DNA of 61,922 nt, the filler included, from Stramenopiles sp. TOSAG23-2 (lineage: Eukaryota), in NCBI GenBank assembly GCA_900128395.1. It is 4 parts of 4 records of this genome, joined end to end, with 100 filler letters (N's around TTAATTAATTAA, not from the genome) between each part and the next. Parts side by side here need not be neighbours in the genome. Positions count along the whole stretch, not along the records: positions 46,557 to 61,922 come from LT649712.1; 3 more parts are not named here. One strand, given 5' to 3'. Shown piece by piece: positions 47,051 to 58,176 of the stretch (position 1 is its first letter; every line of letters begins with the position of its first letter). Below the pieces are notes generated by a model. The model was not told the DNA's origin and searched no databases. It saw only the letters and a list, made by a program, of their open reading frames with translations. A program made the translations under genes and the position numbers.

Positions 47051-48256
47051 ATGGAAAGTAAAACTACAATTAATTTAGAAGATATATTGCCACCAAGTGC
47101 ATATGAAAAATATTCAGATTTAGTCACGGCATTAAGGCGTGGTGCACTAAATGGTAGTTATAATGTTGCACGACAAACTGTTGTATTATTACGTAAAGTT
47201 ATTGGACAAACAAGATGGGAAAATGGTGCCAACTTGATTGATATCATACGTGCAATAGGGCGCGGACTTGTATCCGCACAGCCAGTAGAATTAGCGTTAG
47301 GTAACATTACAAGACGTATTTTATATATTGTGCGCCATGAATATAAAAATATCATACAGGAAGAGGAAGAAGAAGAAGAAAGAAAAAATAATAATAATAA
47401 TAATTCATCTACACCAAGAAAAGCAACATCAAAGTTATCAATTAATACCACATCACCAATAGTTGATAATAATTATAGTACATCGACTAGCGAATCTTTA
47501 AATAACATTTTAAACAAAAATACAGAGACAGATTATACACGAAATTTAGCAGATTTAAGACGAAATGTAATTGAAGGAGTTATAGAATTGATGAATGAGT
47601 TAGATAATTTATATGGACCTATAGCTGAACAAGCGCAAAGACATATCCATTCAGGGGAAATTATTTTTACAATTGGCCGTAGTCGTACTGTATCACATTT
47701 TTTAAAAGCAGCAAATTCAAAGAAAAATTTATCATTTGAAGTCTTAGTTGCAGAAGCTGCACCATCGATGGGTGGCCATATAATGGCAAAAACATTAACA
47801 GAAGCTGAAATACCAACTACGGTTATTAATGATAGTGCAATATTTGCAATGATGGTACGTGTAAATAAAGTAATTATCCCATGTCATGCAGTAATGGCAA
47901 ATGGTGGTTTAATAGCAAATGCAGGTACACATGCTGTATGTATTGCGGCTAAATTATATGAAGTTCCAGTCGTATGTGTTACTGGTTTATATAAATTATC
48001 TCCATTATATCCATATGACCAAGATACATTTAATGTTCAATTATCACCAAGTGGTATTTTACCATTTGAAGATGCAGATACTGCTGATAAAGTAAATGTT
48101 GCAAATCCAAGGTTTGATTACATACCACCTGAATTAGTAAATTTATATGTAACTAATTTTAGTGTAGTACCAAGTTTACGAAGTGGTAGCCACCAACCAT
48201 CGTATATTTATCGTTTATTAAATGAATATTATTGCCCAGAAGATTATGCATTGTGA
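47051..48256 (+). CDS. EIF2B2: Translation initiation factor eIF2B subunit beta
   Basis: GSYNVARQT, AQPVELALGNITRRIL, IAEQAQRHIHSGEII, DSAIFAMMVRVNKVII, YKLSPLYP, NPRFDYIPPELV, PSYIYRLL. Confidence 0.95.
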   Translation: MESKTTINLEDILPPSAYEKYSDLVTALRRGALNGSYNVARQTVVLLRKVIGQTRWENGANLIDIIRAIGRGLVSAQPVELALGNITRRILYIVRHEYKNIIQEEEEEEERKNNNNNNSSTPRKATSKLSINTTSPIVDNNYSTSTSESLNNILNKNTETDYTRNLADLRRNVIEGVIELMNELDNLYGPIAEQAQRHIHSGEIIFTIGRSRTVSHFLKAANSKKNLSFEVLVAEAAPSMGGHIMAKTLTEAEIPTTVINDSAIFAMMVRVNKVIIPCHAVMANGGLIANAGTHAVCIAAKLYEVPVVCVTGLYKLSPLYPYDQDTFNVQLSPSGILPFEDADTADKVNVANPRFDYIPPELVNLYVTNFSVVPSLRSGSHQPSYIYRLLNEYYCPEDYAL

Positions 48257-48515
48257 GGGAACGAGGTGGAGTGGGAGATATTAAGAGAGTGTTGCATTAG
48301 GTGCGTGTGTTGTATTTTTAATAGAAAAAAAAGTGTTTTGTACACATGTTTAAGATTGTTATACTTATAAGTAGAATTAGAATAAGACTATTAATAAATA
48401 CATTTGACACCTATATCTCTAAAAATAAAATTGATTTTATAGATTTTTACAACAATACCTATCTCCCCTCCCATCCCACCCAGACCCAGGGCTCTCTCTC
48501 TCAGCAAATTTCACT

Positions 48516-49019
48516 TCACTTGTTCAACTCAGCATCTTTAGTTTTGGCATCTTCCAACTTTTTCTTTGGAATAGACGCCCCACCTTCAAGCTCCTTCAAC
48601 TTGGCTCTTAATGCAAAAATTTCTGCAGTTGCAGCCTCCTCTGCTTCCTCATCATCATCATCAAACGCCTGTTCTTGTCTAGCCTGCGCCTCCACAATTA
48701 GTGCATTCAATTCATCAATTTTAGCCTGATCAACAGTCGGTTTCGCTTTGTGTTCTATCTCTTTCTGCAACTTTTTGATCTGAACTTTAATGGCCTTTGC
48801 GTTAGCTCTCGCTTCTGTCATTTCATCTTCAGTACCACTTTTACCCACATCTTTTATCTCTTGTTTTGCTACTTTCAAATCTTCTTTCAACTTTGCCAAT
48901 TTTTCGTCATCACTCATTAGCATTTCTGCATTTTTTTTTGGTGATATAAATTTATTTGTGGTGTCACTATTTGTCTCTTCCGTTCCCAATGGGAGACCAA
49001 CATTATATTTCTCCGCCAT
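48516..49019 (-). CDS. 167-aa internally deleted paralog of the adjacent cyclase (N-terminal peptide plus C-terminal helical domain only)
   Basis: Starts MAEKYNVGLPLGTEETNSD..NKFISPK and ends SIPKKKLEDAK.KDA.LNK like the 1634-aa neighbour; intact ORF; diverged at the nucleotide level. Confidence 0.85.
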   Translation of the reverse strand: MAEKYNVGLPLGTEETNSDTTNKFISPKKNAEMLMSDDEKLAKLKEDLKVAKQEIKDVGKSGTEDEMTEARANAKAIKVQIKKLQKEIEHKAKPTVDQAKIDELNALIVEAQARQEQAFDDDDEEAEEAATAEIFALRAKLKELEGGASIPKKKLEDAKTKDAELNK

Positions 49020-49390
49020 TATTTGATTGATATTTAGTCTCAATTTATATAACTTACTATATATTTTATCTCACTTAAATACGAAGAATAGAATATATCT
49101 ATTTGTTTATTTTGTCTTGATTCATTTTTGTTTCAACAATCTATTTTTTATATTGATTGAAGGGGGGTTATACAGAAAATATTCTGGATTTTGTGTTAAT
49201 GATATTTAGTGCTGTGTCCATACTACTAATATTAATAACCACGGGTAATCCTGGTTACTGGTAGCTTCCAAATCCGAAAGATTTTTTGGGTCCGTTGTAT
49301 TTTAAAAAAGGAAATCTATTTTTATACTTATTACTATACAGGTATTATATAATATTATTGCTATATACTGGATGATAAAATTTTTCAATT
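49020..49390 (-). promoter_or_regulatory. Duplicated 5' flank shared with the cyclase gene (54374-54780)
   Basis: Near-identical blocks (e.g. GATATTTAGTGCTGTGTCCATACTACTAATAT, CCACGGGTAATC) with scattered substitutions and indels. Confidence 0.8.
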
Positions 49391-49468
49391 TAAATTTTTC
49401 AATTTATTTTATTTTTATAAATACCAGGTACATCACTCAAAAATTCAATAACCCTTTAGCTGTTATAT

Positions 49469-52400
49469 TCACTTATTCAGTTGCGCATCTTTACTCTTTG
49501 CATCCTCCAATTTCTTCTTCGGTATCGACCCACCAGTTAGTGCCGAAAGTTCTTTCATTAATTCTTTGATTTCAGCTTCAGCTGCTTCCTCAGCTTCGTC
49601 ATCATCATCCATCATTGCTTGTGTTTGTCGAGCAGATGCCTCCTCAATTTTAGCCTTCAAGGCATCAACTTTTGCTGTATCTATCGATCCTTCTTTCTCT
49701 TTCTCTTCAATTGTTTTCTTTAATGCCTTCCTTTCCTTTTTTAAAGTTTTTACTCGAGTTCTAGCTTCTTCCCTAGCAAACTCATCGCCAGCAGCAGTAG
49801 CGGCTTTCAGATCAGTTATTGCTTCCATAATCGATTTTTCAATTTCTGCAAGTTTTTCTTCATCACTCAACGGTATGTCCGTTTCATTAACAGGAACAAA
49901 AGTTAGATCAACAGCTTGTATTTCTCCACTTTTTAGGCCAGTAGCAATTCTTTCAAAATATTCTTGGAACATTATATTTTCAATTGTTTTAAATTTTGAA
50001 GCAGCCTCTTCTACCGCAATAACATCTCCTTTCCATTTTCCTATCACGCCTTTCAAATATAAAACATCGTTTGGGACACAGTCCAATTCGATGGCATGCG
50101 CCAATGCGGCTTCCAGACCTAACAACATATCTCGAAATGGCCTATCTTGCAACACGAGTGTTATTTCAGCTACATAAGCGAAACCAGAACATTTGAATTG
50201 GCCAGGAGACCATCCTGCTACCTTTTCCACCGTTGATCTCCAAGCTGCAAGGGCACTCGTATATAGAGTCACATCCTCACCTGCCTTCAATTTTTTCTTA
50301 TAGATTAGTAATGCTGCATACACTAAAGGAAAATGCATAAAATCTGCATAACCGAAACTGGAGAAGAATGCATATCGAATCGATTTTGTTAAAAAAGTCT
50401 TCTCAAGCATGGATTCTGCAGCCTCCCAGTCACCCGTTATGGCTGCTCCATAAATTAGACTCTTTTCTGCCATCATTCTGTATATACTTGACGGATATTT
50501 CTCTTTTGCGCTTGGAAATAATTTTGCCATTGAAATAACCTCGTTGTAGCTCGATTTGCTAAGTTCGTAATCATTTTTGACCATTGCTAGTTGCGCATAG
50601 CAGCCTTTGTCCATCTGATAATGAAATGCTTTCATGTCCTCTAATGCTTCACTATCTATTTTTATTTTGGACACTTCTTTAAAATAATGAACAAACAATT
50701 TAACATTTCCCATTGTATAGTTGGTAGCAGCTAAATACCACAAATTCCAACTCTGGTGCAATGCATACTTAATGTTTCCTTTAATTAATTCAAAAGAGTA
50801 CGTCAAACGTTCCATACCATCTTGAACACTTTCTGGAGCAATTGCTGTATACCAACCAAATATATAATAAATCGCTTCTGCACGCAGTTGCGGTTTTAAC
50901 TGTTCACAGCTCGAAAGAATTGTTAAACGCCTATAAATTCTCCTAGCTTGACCCGGATCCGTCTGTGCGATTCTACCGAAGCCGGCCTGCCCCCATGCCG
51001 AATGATTGTGGTACCATAATTCGACATTTTTTTGGTTGTACGAAGCAATTAACGAATAGTACCTGAACCAATCAGCATTCATATGAATATCGTCTTCGTT
51101 CAACTTGTAGTCCTCCATGACCATACCCTGTATAGTGTATGCCCGATAAAGCGATTGGCCTCCAAGCGTAAAGGCAATCAAAGTTCTTGCCTGATCAGCA
51201 TAACTTATGTTTCCGTCAACCACTTCACTCGGTATATCATCAAACTCACCATATTTACGTATCATTTTATCAATTGAACCTTGTGTTCTCTTCTGCGGAC
51301 TGAAAGTTTCATCATCCAAGATTTTACATGCTTGCAGCATCATATAGTCTGCAGCATATCTATCTCCAAATGAAAATTTAGCATAACCTAAAAGTGCGGT
51401 CCAATATGCTATACGTTCTTTCCCGACCTGCTTCCCATAAGCAATTGCTTGGCTTAGTGAATTTACACACTCCTTAAACGCTCCTATGTCCAGCGCTTTT
51501 ATTGCAGCATTTTGCAACATATCACAACCACGGTCAACTTCACCACTTCTTAACCAATGATGCGCAAGAACATCCATTTCATATTTGATTGAAGAATTTT
51601 CATACTCTTCTACAATTGCTTTATGTATTTTTCTTCGTTGCGAATCTAACATCAGATTGTAAGCACACTCGGTAATTATTTGATGAGTAAACTTCATCAT
51701 TTTACTAACAGATTCACCGGTGACAGCTACAACTAGGCCTCGCGCAGCTAATGTTTCCAATGTTTTTTGTAGGTGTGCTTCATCCTTTGAAGACAAAAAC
51801 TGTGGAGCGACATTTTGTAAATTTTCTTGACGAAGTTCAAAGCCAAAACATGAGCATATTTTTACTAATACTTTTGCCTCGTCGTCCAGACTATCAATAC
51901 GCTCATGCACAGTATCCATAATAGAATTCGGAAATTTAATTTCATTAATATCTCCCGTAAAATGAATATTTCCAGCATCATCTTTGTTGACTAAATCTCG
52001 TTCTTTCAACCAATTTGTCATGGAAGATAAGTACATAGGAATACCACCAGCTTTTTGATCCATCAAGGCAACAAATTCATCGCTCACTGAAGTTTTTTCA
52101 ACTTCAATTGTTTTCGCGATTAATTCCCTCATAGCCTCGTTCCCCATTGTACCTAATTCAAGGTAAGTGATTGTGCTATTTTCTTTCAATGACGCTAATA
52201 TACGCGAAAATTTTATACGATCGTCATCTTCCAACCACTGGTCTTCCAATTTTTCTTCATTGGCTTTTAAGAGTTCATCTGCACCTCCGTCTTTCTGTTG
52301 AGATATCATGTTTGGTGGCCGTGTTACGATCATTACAATACTTCTTGTAGATAATTGTGGTAATACCATTTGTAACATAATCCATGATTGTGAATCAATC

Positions 52401-54373
52401 CAATGAGCATCTTCAAATACAAATATAGTATTTTCCAAAGATTGAAATATTTTCAAACACACCTGAGCTGCACGAGCTTCCAAACGGCCATGCTCAAGCT
52501 GAGTACCAGTTTCATCACGCTTTGCTAATGTTGGTAATATAATACCAAGTGCATTGATATCATCTTCTTCCAATTGAAAATTAAATTTTAACGCCAGAAC
52601 TTCACCATATGAAGGTGAAGTCGATAAATTAGCAGCAGCTGTTAAAATTTGACCAAATGCAAAATATGGAGTTTGTTTTTCAATAGCAGATCCTGTACCC
52701 ATCAAAAATCGTACATTATCATGTATAGCCTCGCGTTGCAATTGCCATACAATAGCACTTTTACCCATACCTGCTAAACCTTCTAAGATAAATGCACCAC
52801 CTTTTTGCTCATTCACCATAGCTTTGAGACCAGCTCTTAGTACGGTCATTTCTTTTTCCCGACCGACAAACACAGCTTTGTCCAATTCATCTTGATTTTT
52901 ATGACGTACCGCACCAGCTTTTCTACCATATGGACATAATGCACGAAATGTACCATCTTTACCTTTAACTTCAATTGGATTCGACATATCATATCCAATA
53001 TAATTTTGTGTAGCATTATATACACGTTCACTCACTAAAATCTTCCCGACCTCGGCTTTACCCATTAATCTGGCAGCCATATTTGTTTCAGCCCCCATAA
53101 CTACAAAATCATTTCGCGATGGATGACCACAAATACCAGTAAAACATTGTCCCATCGAAATACCAATTTTACAAGGATTGCCAAGAGATGAACACGCAGA
53201 GGAGGCTTCTAAAGCAAATAATACAGATTTCAATGCATCAACCTCTGTAATTCGAGTTATTCCAAAGCATGCGATTAAAGTACAGCCTTTATCTTCAAAA
53301 AGAAAATCTCTCATCTGTCCTTCAAATTTTGCTAATACCGATCGTAGAGCAGAATAAACATCATTTAAATGTGCTTGAATCACACCTTTGGAGGTAACAG
53401 ATTCTTTTGCAAGACTAGGCAGAGATAAAAAAACAATTACTACCCGTCGTTTTTCATTTTCAAATTGTGCATTTCCACCTTTTTCACGAACAATCGGTGG
53501 AATGTATGCACTTAGAATTTCAGGACACATTGAAAGTTCTGCGGTATAGGTATCAATCATACTACCACGTTTGGTCATACGTTTCTCCAATTTTTCTGTA
53601 TCATCCTCATCGACTATGTCACTTGCATTTGTTTCTCTGGTTATATTTGTTCCACCAAAACACTTGACAGTTCCCGCTTTCGCTTTATCTAACAACCCAG
53701 CAGCTATTTTAATTGGTCTCCCAGCAATGACAAACCATCTTTGTTTACTTCTTTCAAATTCAGCACGAGACATAGTGCTTTCATCATTTTTTTTCATTCG
53801 TTGTCTTGCACTATTTGACCTTGGAGAGGAGCCACGCAATTCTTTCAAGTGGATACGTTGAAGCGTTGCTGTCGCGGATAATCCACCATGTAAGTCAAGA
53901 TCAGGATTTGTGTCTTTTATAATCTTTAACATCTCTAAAGAACATTCTTTGCCGCGTTCAAAAGCAGCAGTATCGCCTTCATCTTCGGGGTCAGTCGGAA
54001 GTGCAGAAAATGTACATATTAAACAATCACCAGCAATCTTAACAACCTCTCCCTCATATCTGTGCGTAACATTAACTAATGCGCTAATGGCTTCAGACAT
54101 TTGTGTTGCAAATTTTTCAGCACCCAAAGAATCACCATGTTCTTTTGTTAATTTTTCGCCTAAAGCAGTAAATCCAGATATATCAGCTAACAATAAACTT
54201 GCTTCCACAAGATCTTTCGACGGTGCGTCGGGCAATTTACCGTTGGCTGCCACTTCGAGTCTAACAGATCTTGGAATTAATCCAGCATGTTTTGGCGATA
54301 TAAATTTATTTATTGCGTCACTATTCGTCTCTTCCGTTCCCAATGGGAGACCAACATTATATTTCTCCGCCAT
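49469..54373 (-). CDS. Soluble adenylyl cyclase (ADCY10)-like: two class III cyclase domains, STAND NTPase, helical/TPR-like region, C-terminal helical domain
   Basis: C1 LLADISGFTAL, VKIAGDC; C2 FEDKGC, ETNMAARLM; FVGREKE, Walker A LEGLAGMGKS, Walker B VFEDAHWIDSQSW, GGIPMYL, FTHQIITECAY. Confidence 0.93.
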   Translation of the reverse strand: MAEKYNVGLPLGTEETNSDAINKFISPKHAGLIPRSVRLEVAANGKLPDAPSKDLVEASLLLADISGFTALGEKLTKEHGDSLGAEKFATQMSEAISALVNVTHRYEGEVVKIAGDCLICTFSALPTDPEDEGDTAAFERGKECSLEMLKIIKDTNPDLDLHGGLSATATLQRIHLKELRGSSPRSNSARQRMKKNDESTMSRAEFERSKQRWFVIAGRPIKIAAGLLDKAKAGTVKCFGGTNITRETNASDIVDEDDTEKLEKRMTKRGSMIDTYTAELSMCPEILSAYIPPIVREKGGNAQFENEKRRVVIVFLSLPSLAKESVTSKGVIQAHLNDVYSALRSVLAKFEGQMRDFLFEDKGCTLIACFGITRITEVDALKSVLFALEASSACSSLGNPCKIGISMGQCFTGICGHPSRNDFVVMGAETNMAARLMGKAEVGKILVSERVYNATQNYIGYDMSNPIEVKGKDGTFRALCPYGRKAGAVRHKNQDELDKAVFVGREKEMTVLRAGLKAMVNEQKGGAFILEGLAGMGKSAIVWQLQREAIHDNVRFLMGTGSAIEKQTPYFAFGQILTAAANLSTSPSYGEVLALKFNFQLEEDDINALGIILPTLAKRDETGTQLEHGRLEARAAQVCLKIFQSLENTIFVFEDAHWIDSQSWIMLQMVLPQLSTRSIVMIVTRPPNMISQQKDGGADELLKANEEKLEDQWLEDDDRIKFSRILASLKENSTITYLELGTMGNEAMRELIAKTIEVEKTSVSDEFVALMDQKAGGIPMYLSSMTNWLKERDLVNKDDAGNIHFTGDINEIKFPNSIMDTVHERIDSLDDEAKVLVKICSCFGFELRQENLQNVAPQFLSSKDEAHLQKTLETLAARGLVVAVTGESVSKMMKFTHQIITECAYNLMLDSQRRKIHKAIVEEYENSSIKYEMDVLAHHWLRSGEVDRGCDMLQNAAIKALDIGAFKECVNSLSQAIAYGKQVGKERIAYWTALLGYAKFSFGDRYAADYMMLQACKILDDETFSPQKRTQGSIDKMIRKYGEFDDIPSEVVDGNISYADQARTLIAFTLGGQSLYRAYTIQGMVMEDYKLNEDDIHMNADWFRYYSLIASYNQKNVELWYHNHSAWGQAGFGRIAQTDPGQARRIYRRLTILSSCEQLKPQLRAEAIYYIFGWYTAIAPESVQDGMERLTYSFELIKGNIKYALHQSWNLWYLAATNYTMGNVKLFVHYFKEVSKIKIDSEALEDMKAFHYQMDKGCYAQLAMVKNDYELSKSSYNEVISMAKLFPSAKEKYPSSIYRMMAEKSLIYGAAITGDWEAAESMLEKTFLTKSIRYAFFSSFGYADFMHFPLVYAALLIYKKKLKAGEDVTLYTSALAAWRSTVEKVAGWSPGQFKCSGFAYVAEITLVLQDRPFRDMLLGLEAALAHAIELDCVPNDVLYLKGVIGKWKGDVIAVEEAASKFKTIENIMFQEYFERIATGLKSGEIQAVDLTFVPVNETDIPLSDEEKLAEIEKSIMEAITDLKAATAAGDEFAREEARTRVKTLKKERKALKKTIEEKEKEGSIDTAKVDALKAKIEEASARQTQAMMDDDDEAEEAAEAEIKELMKELSALTGGSIPKKKLEDAKSKDAQLNK

Positions 54374-55309
54374 TATTTACTTAATATTTAGTCTCAATTT
54401 ATATAACTTACTATATATTTTATCTCACTTAAATACGAAGAATAGAATATATCTATTTGTTTATTTTGTCTTGATTCATTAAACAAATCTATTTTTTATA
54501 TTGATTGAAGGGGGGTTATACAGAAACTATTCTGGATTTTTTTGTGTTGATGATATTTAGTGCTGTGTCCATACTACTAATATCCAAAAACCACGGGTAA
54601 TCGCGTCACATCCATCAAAAACTATCACTTAAAGCCGAAAGCACGAAAATGTAAAAGACTTTTTGTGGGTCCGTGTACGCGTATAATTAAAAAAAAAGAC
54701 TTTTATTTTTATACTTATTACTATACTTAGTAAAATATATAAATTCCTATGTATGCTGGTATATTTGATAAAATTTTTATTAAAAAATTTTCCGAGCCGA
54801 TGTGCCGATGTCCTGTGTTCCCGAGTTTTTCGGCTACCAGGGGAATAGAAGGCGGTTTTGACCATTCCTAAAAAAAATAGCCGCAAAGTTCGCCGTAAAG
54901 TTGGAATTAGCAGTACATAGCATGGGCTCTACTTTACCGAAAAGTCCCAACGCCAAAATCAAACTCATCGAACTTTTTCAGGCAACATCCTTAAACCAGG
55001 CCTCAAAATGAAGGAAACGAGCTGGAATTGTCAATATAACTTATGACATACTATTGCACTAATTTCACTAATAGGTACTCATATGACTGTATATAGTATA
55101 GTGTGTTAATGCATCAAACTAAAACACAAAAAAAAGAGGGCTCTAATAAAATAATTTCAATAATAAGCAGCATAGTAGCATAGTGCCATAATAAATAAAA
55201 TGAATAATAATAAATAATAAGCTTCACATAATTAAAAAATAATTACATGTATATTATATGTACAATCAATGAAGGATGCACACGCACCATCTATATCGCC
55301 CGCCACGCT

Positions 55310-55553
55310 TTACAAAACATAAAACACATTTATTAGATACCTGTACATTTATTTATATCGCAACATCTGTTGAATCATCTGTTGAATCATTTCCACTCGT
55401 TCTCTTTGACTCGTTATTGTTTTTTTGCCAATTACAAAACATAAAACACATTTATTAGATACCTGTACATTTATTTATATCGCAACATCTGTTGAATCAT
55501 CTGTTGAATCATTTCCACTCGTTCTCTTTGACTCGTTATTGTTTTTTTGCCAA
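55310..55553. repeat. Perfect tandem duplication, 122-bp unit
   Basis: Units start at 55310 and 55432. Confidence 0.88.
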
Positions 55554-56142
55554 CTGTTGAAAAAATATCAGAGAGGTGAAAAAATTTTATTCGTGAAAAA
55601 ACACACGCACAGGTTAGGATATACGGTCCTTTCTGCTTCCTTCACCGTCTCGTAGCATTTTTTTGACCATGCCTTGAGATTATTATTAAGGCGGGTTGCA
55701 AAATATTTTGTTGTGCGAGAGCCAATTCACGGTTAAGCCATCCCACTCCGGTTTAGGAAACGGGCACGTGCTGGCCCGCTGGTGTGGTCCTCGAGATGAC
55801 GACAAAAAAAAGAAGAGTTGGACGAAAAACAGCAAAAGGTGCAAAGCAGCAAAAAACGAGGAAGAAGGAAAAGGCAAAAACCAAAACTCCAAACAGCTAC
55901 AACAGGCACACACCATTGACTTGGAACAAATTAAATACTTCTTTTTTTGTTGATAAAACTTCAAGCACATAGTGATGTATAGTCTATATATCAACTACCA
56001 CAAATACATATACATGTATTATATATATTAATGACGGATGTATGGATAAACAGATATAACACTTGAACCAACAAGCTGTATATATATATTCTAAATTATT
56101 ATTAATTTATTTTAAACAAAGATATATACGTATAAAATCATC

Positions 56143-57696
56143 ATGAATTATTACATAGCAAATCTTCTAATAATACTAATAACATTCATATCAACAATTA
56201 TATATAGTAATAATGCAGAAGAAATTAAAAATATGAATAAAATATATACACCTATTATTGTAAATGATAAAACGAAGAATACCAATTTTCCAACTCAAAT
56301 ACATTTAGCCTATACTGGTATACCAACAGAAATGATGATATCATACAGCACAAATTATTCAACAAACAATACAATTGCTAAAGTAAGATTACATAGCAAT
56401 CACAATAATGGCAATAATAAAGAATGGACACATACTTTTAATGGAAACTCAAAAATATTCGTAGACGGCGGAGCACGTAAAAACTCTCAATATTTACATA
56501 ATGTAAAAATCACAGGTTTACAATTAGGAACAACATATGATTATATCGTTGGAGATACGAATAATAACAACAACAATGTTTTTTCCCCAATTCAAACATT
56601 TACATCCATGAGATCAAAAGAGAATAAAACAGAAGAAGGAAGACCATGGAGATTTATCTTATTAGCTGATTTAGGATTGGAGAACGATGATACATTAGCA
56701 AATATTACAACCGAAGTTACTACAGCAGCAAAAGACGGAAAACCATTTGATAGTGTTTTACATGCTGGTGACCTTGCATACGATTTCCATTCCAAGGAAG
56801 GCCAAGTTGGCGATGATTTTATGAATGCTATTCAACCAATTAGTTCCATCATACCATATATGGTATGCCCTGGAAATCATGAAAGTAGATATAATTTCTC
56901 TCATTATCGCGCTCGATTTAATATGCCAAACTCCGAAGAAACAGAAAATTTATGGTACAGTTTCGATTTAGGACCTATTCATTTTGTTAGTTATTCCACA
57001 GAAAGTTATTTTGATTATGAAAAAGGTAAAGCGTTAAATAGTACATTAAAAAGACAATACGACTGGTTGAAAAATGATTTAATGATAGCCAATAAACCTG
57101 AAAATAGAAAATTACGACCATGGATTATTGTTCAAGGTCATAGGCCGTTTTATTGCACCAATACCTTTAATGTAAGTGAAGATGGTTGTGGTCCAGAGCA
57201 AGAGACGTCACGACATGGTAGTTACAAACCAAATGCACCTTACGTTTATGCAATTGAGCCATTGATGTTTCAATACGGTGTAGATTTATTTATTGCTGGC
57301 CATGTACATGATTATACAAGATATTGGCCAGTTTATAATTTAACAGTACAAAATGGTACCGATGATCCATTGAATCCATATCATAATCCATCTGCAACGA
57401 CATATTTAACTATTGGTGCAGCTGGAAACCATGAAATGCATCTACACGATCAATGCATTAAAAATCAAGGATGTGTGTATCCAACTGGTACAAGTTATAG
57501 TGGCCCACCATCACCATTTGCAGCATGTACAGCTGGAACATCCCCGGAATGCATTGATTTTAATTATGGTAGAATGACTGTTTATAATGATACGCATTTA
57601 TATTGGAGTCAATATAGCAGTACTCAAAATAAAGTAGTTGATGAAATGTGGCTCATACAAGAACATCATGGTAGTTTTGGCAATGTGAACGTTTAA
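56143..57696 (+). CDS. Purple acid phosphatase (ACP7/PAPL-like), secreted or lysosomal
   Basis: Signal peptide; PTQIHLA N-domain; metal motifs ADLG, GDLAYD, PGNHE, QGHRP, AGHVHDY. Confidence 0.94.
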   Translation: MNYYIANLLIILITFISTIIYSNNAEEIKNMNKIYTPIIVNDKTKNTNFPTQIHLAYTGIPTEMMISYSTNYSTNNTIAKVRLHSNHNNGNNKEWTHTFNGNSKIFVDGGARKNSQYLHNVKITGLQLGTTYDYIVGDTNNNNNNVFSPIQTFTSMRSKENKTEEGRPWRFILLADLGLENDDTLANITTEVTTAAKDGKPFDSVLHAGDLAYDFHSKEGQVGDDFMNAIQPISSIIPYMVCPGNHESRYNFSHYRARFNMPNSEETENLWYSFDLGPIHFVSYSTESYFDYEKGKALNSTLKRQYDWLKNDLMIANKPENRKLRPWIIVQGHRPFYCTNTFNVSEDGCGPEQETSRHGSYKPNAPYVYAIEPLMFQYGVDLFIAGHVHDYTRYWPVYNLTVQNGTDDPLNPYHNPSATTYLTIGAAGNHEMHLHDQCIKNQGCVYPTGTSYSGPPSPFAACTAGTSPECIDFNYGRMTVYNDTHLYWSQYSSTQNKVVDEMWLIQEHHGSFGNVNV

Positions 57697-57864
57697 GAGA
57701 GTGTGAGAATTGTAAATATACTGTGTACATATATGAAAAAAAATGCGCTGCTGTAATTATTAAAAATATATAATAAAAACAACACACTTTTCTAGACACA
57801 CACCCGGATATCAAAATATATTTTTTTTAAAAGAAAAGCATTGTGTCATTAATTATTATAATAC

Positions 57865-58126
57865 GTTCTCACAGCTTACCCATTTGCCTAGATGTATTTT
57901 GTTTGTTCACTGTCATTCTGTCGAAAACACATGTACATGTATAAATATAATACAAGGCGCAAAATCATCATCATCGCCGCTAAAAAAATTTATATGTTCT
58001 CACAGCTTACCCATTTGCCTAGATGTATTTTGTTTGTTCACTGTCATTCTGTCGAAAACACATGTACATGTATAAATATAATACAAGGCGCAAAATCATC
58101 ATCATCGCCGCTAAAAAAATTTATAT
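57865..58126. repeat. Perfect tandem duplication, 131-bp unit
   Basis: Units start at 57865 and 57996. Confidence 0.88.
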
Positions 58127-58176
58127 AAAAAGCCATTATTATTATTAATTATAAATATGTGACTTAATAAAAATTT

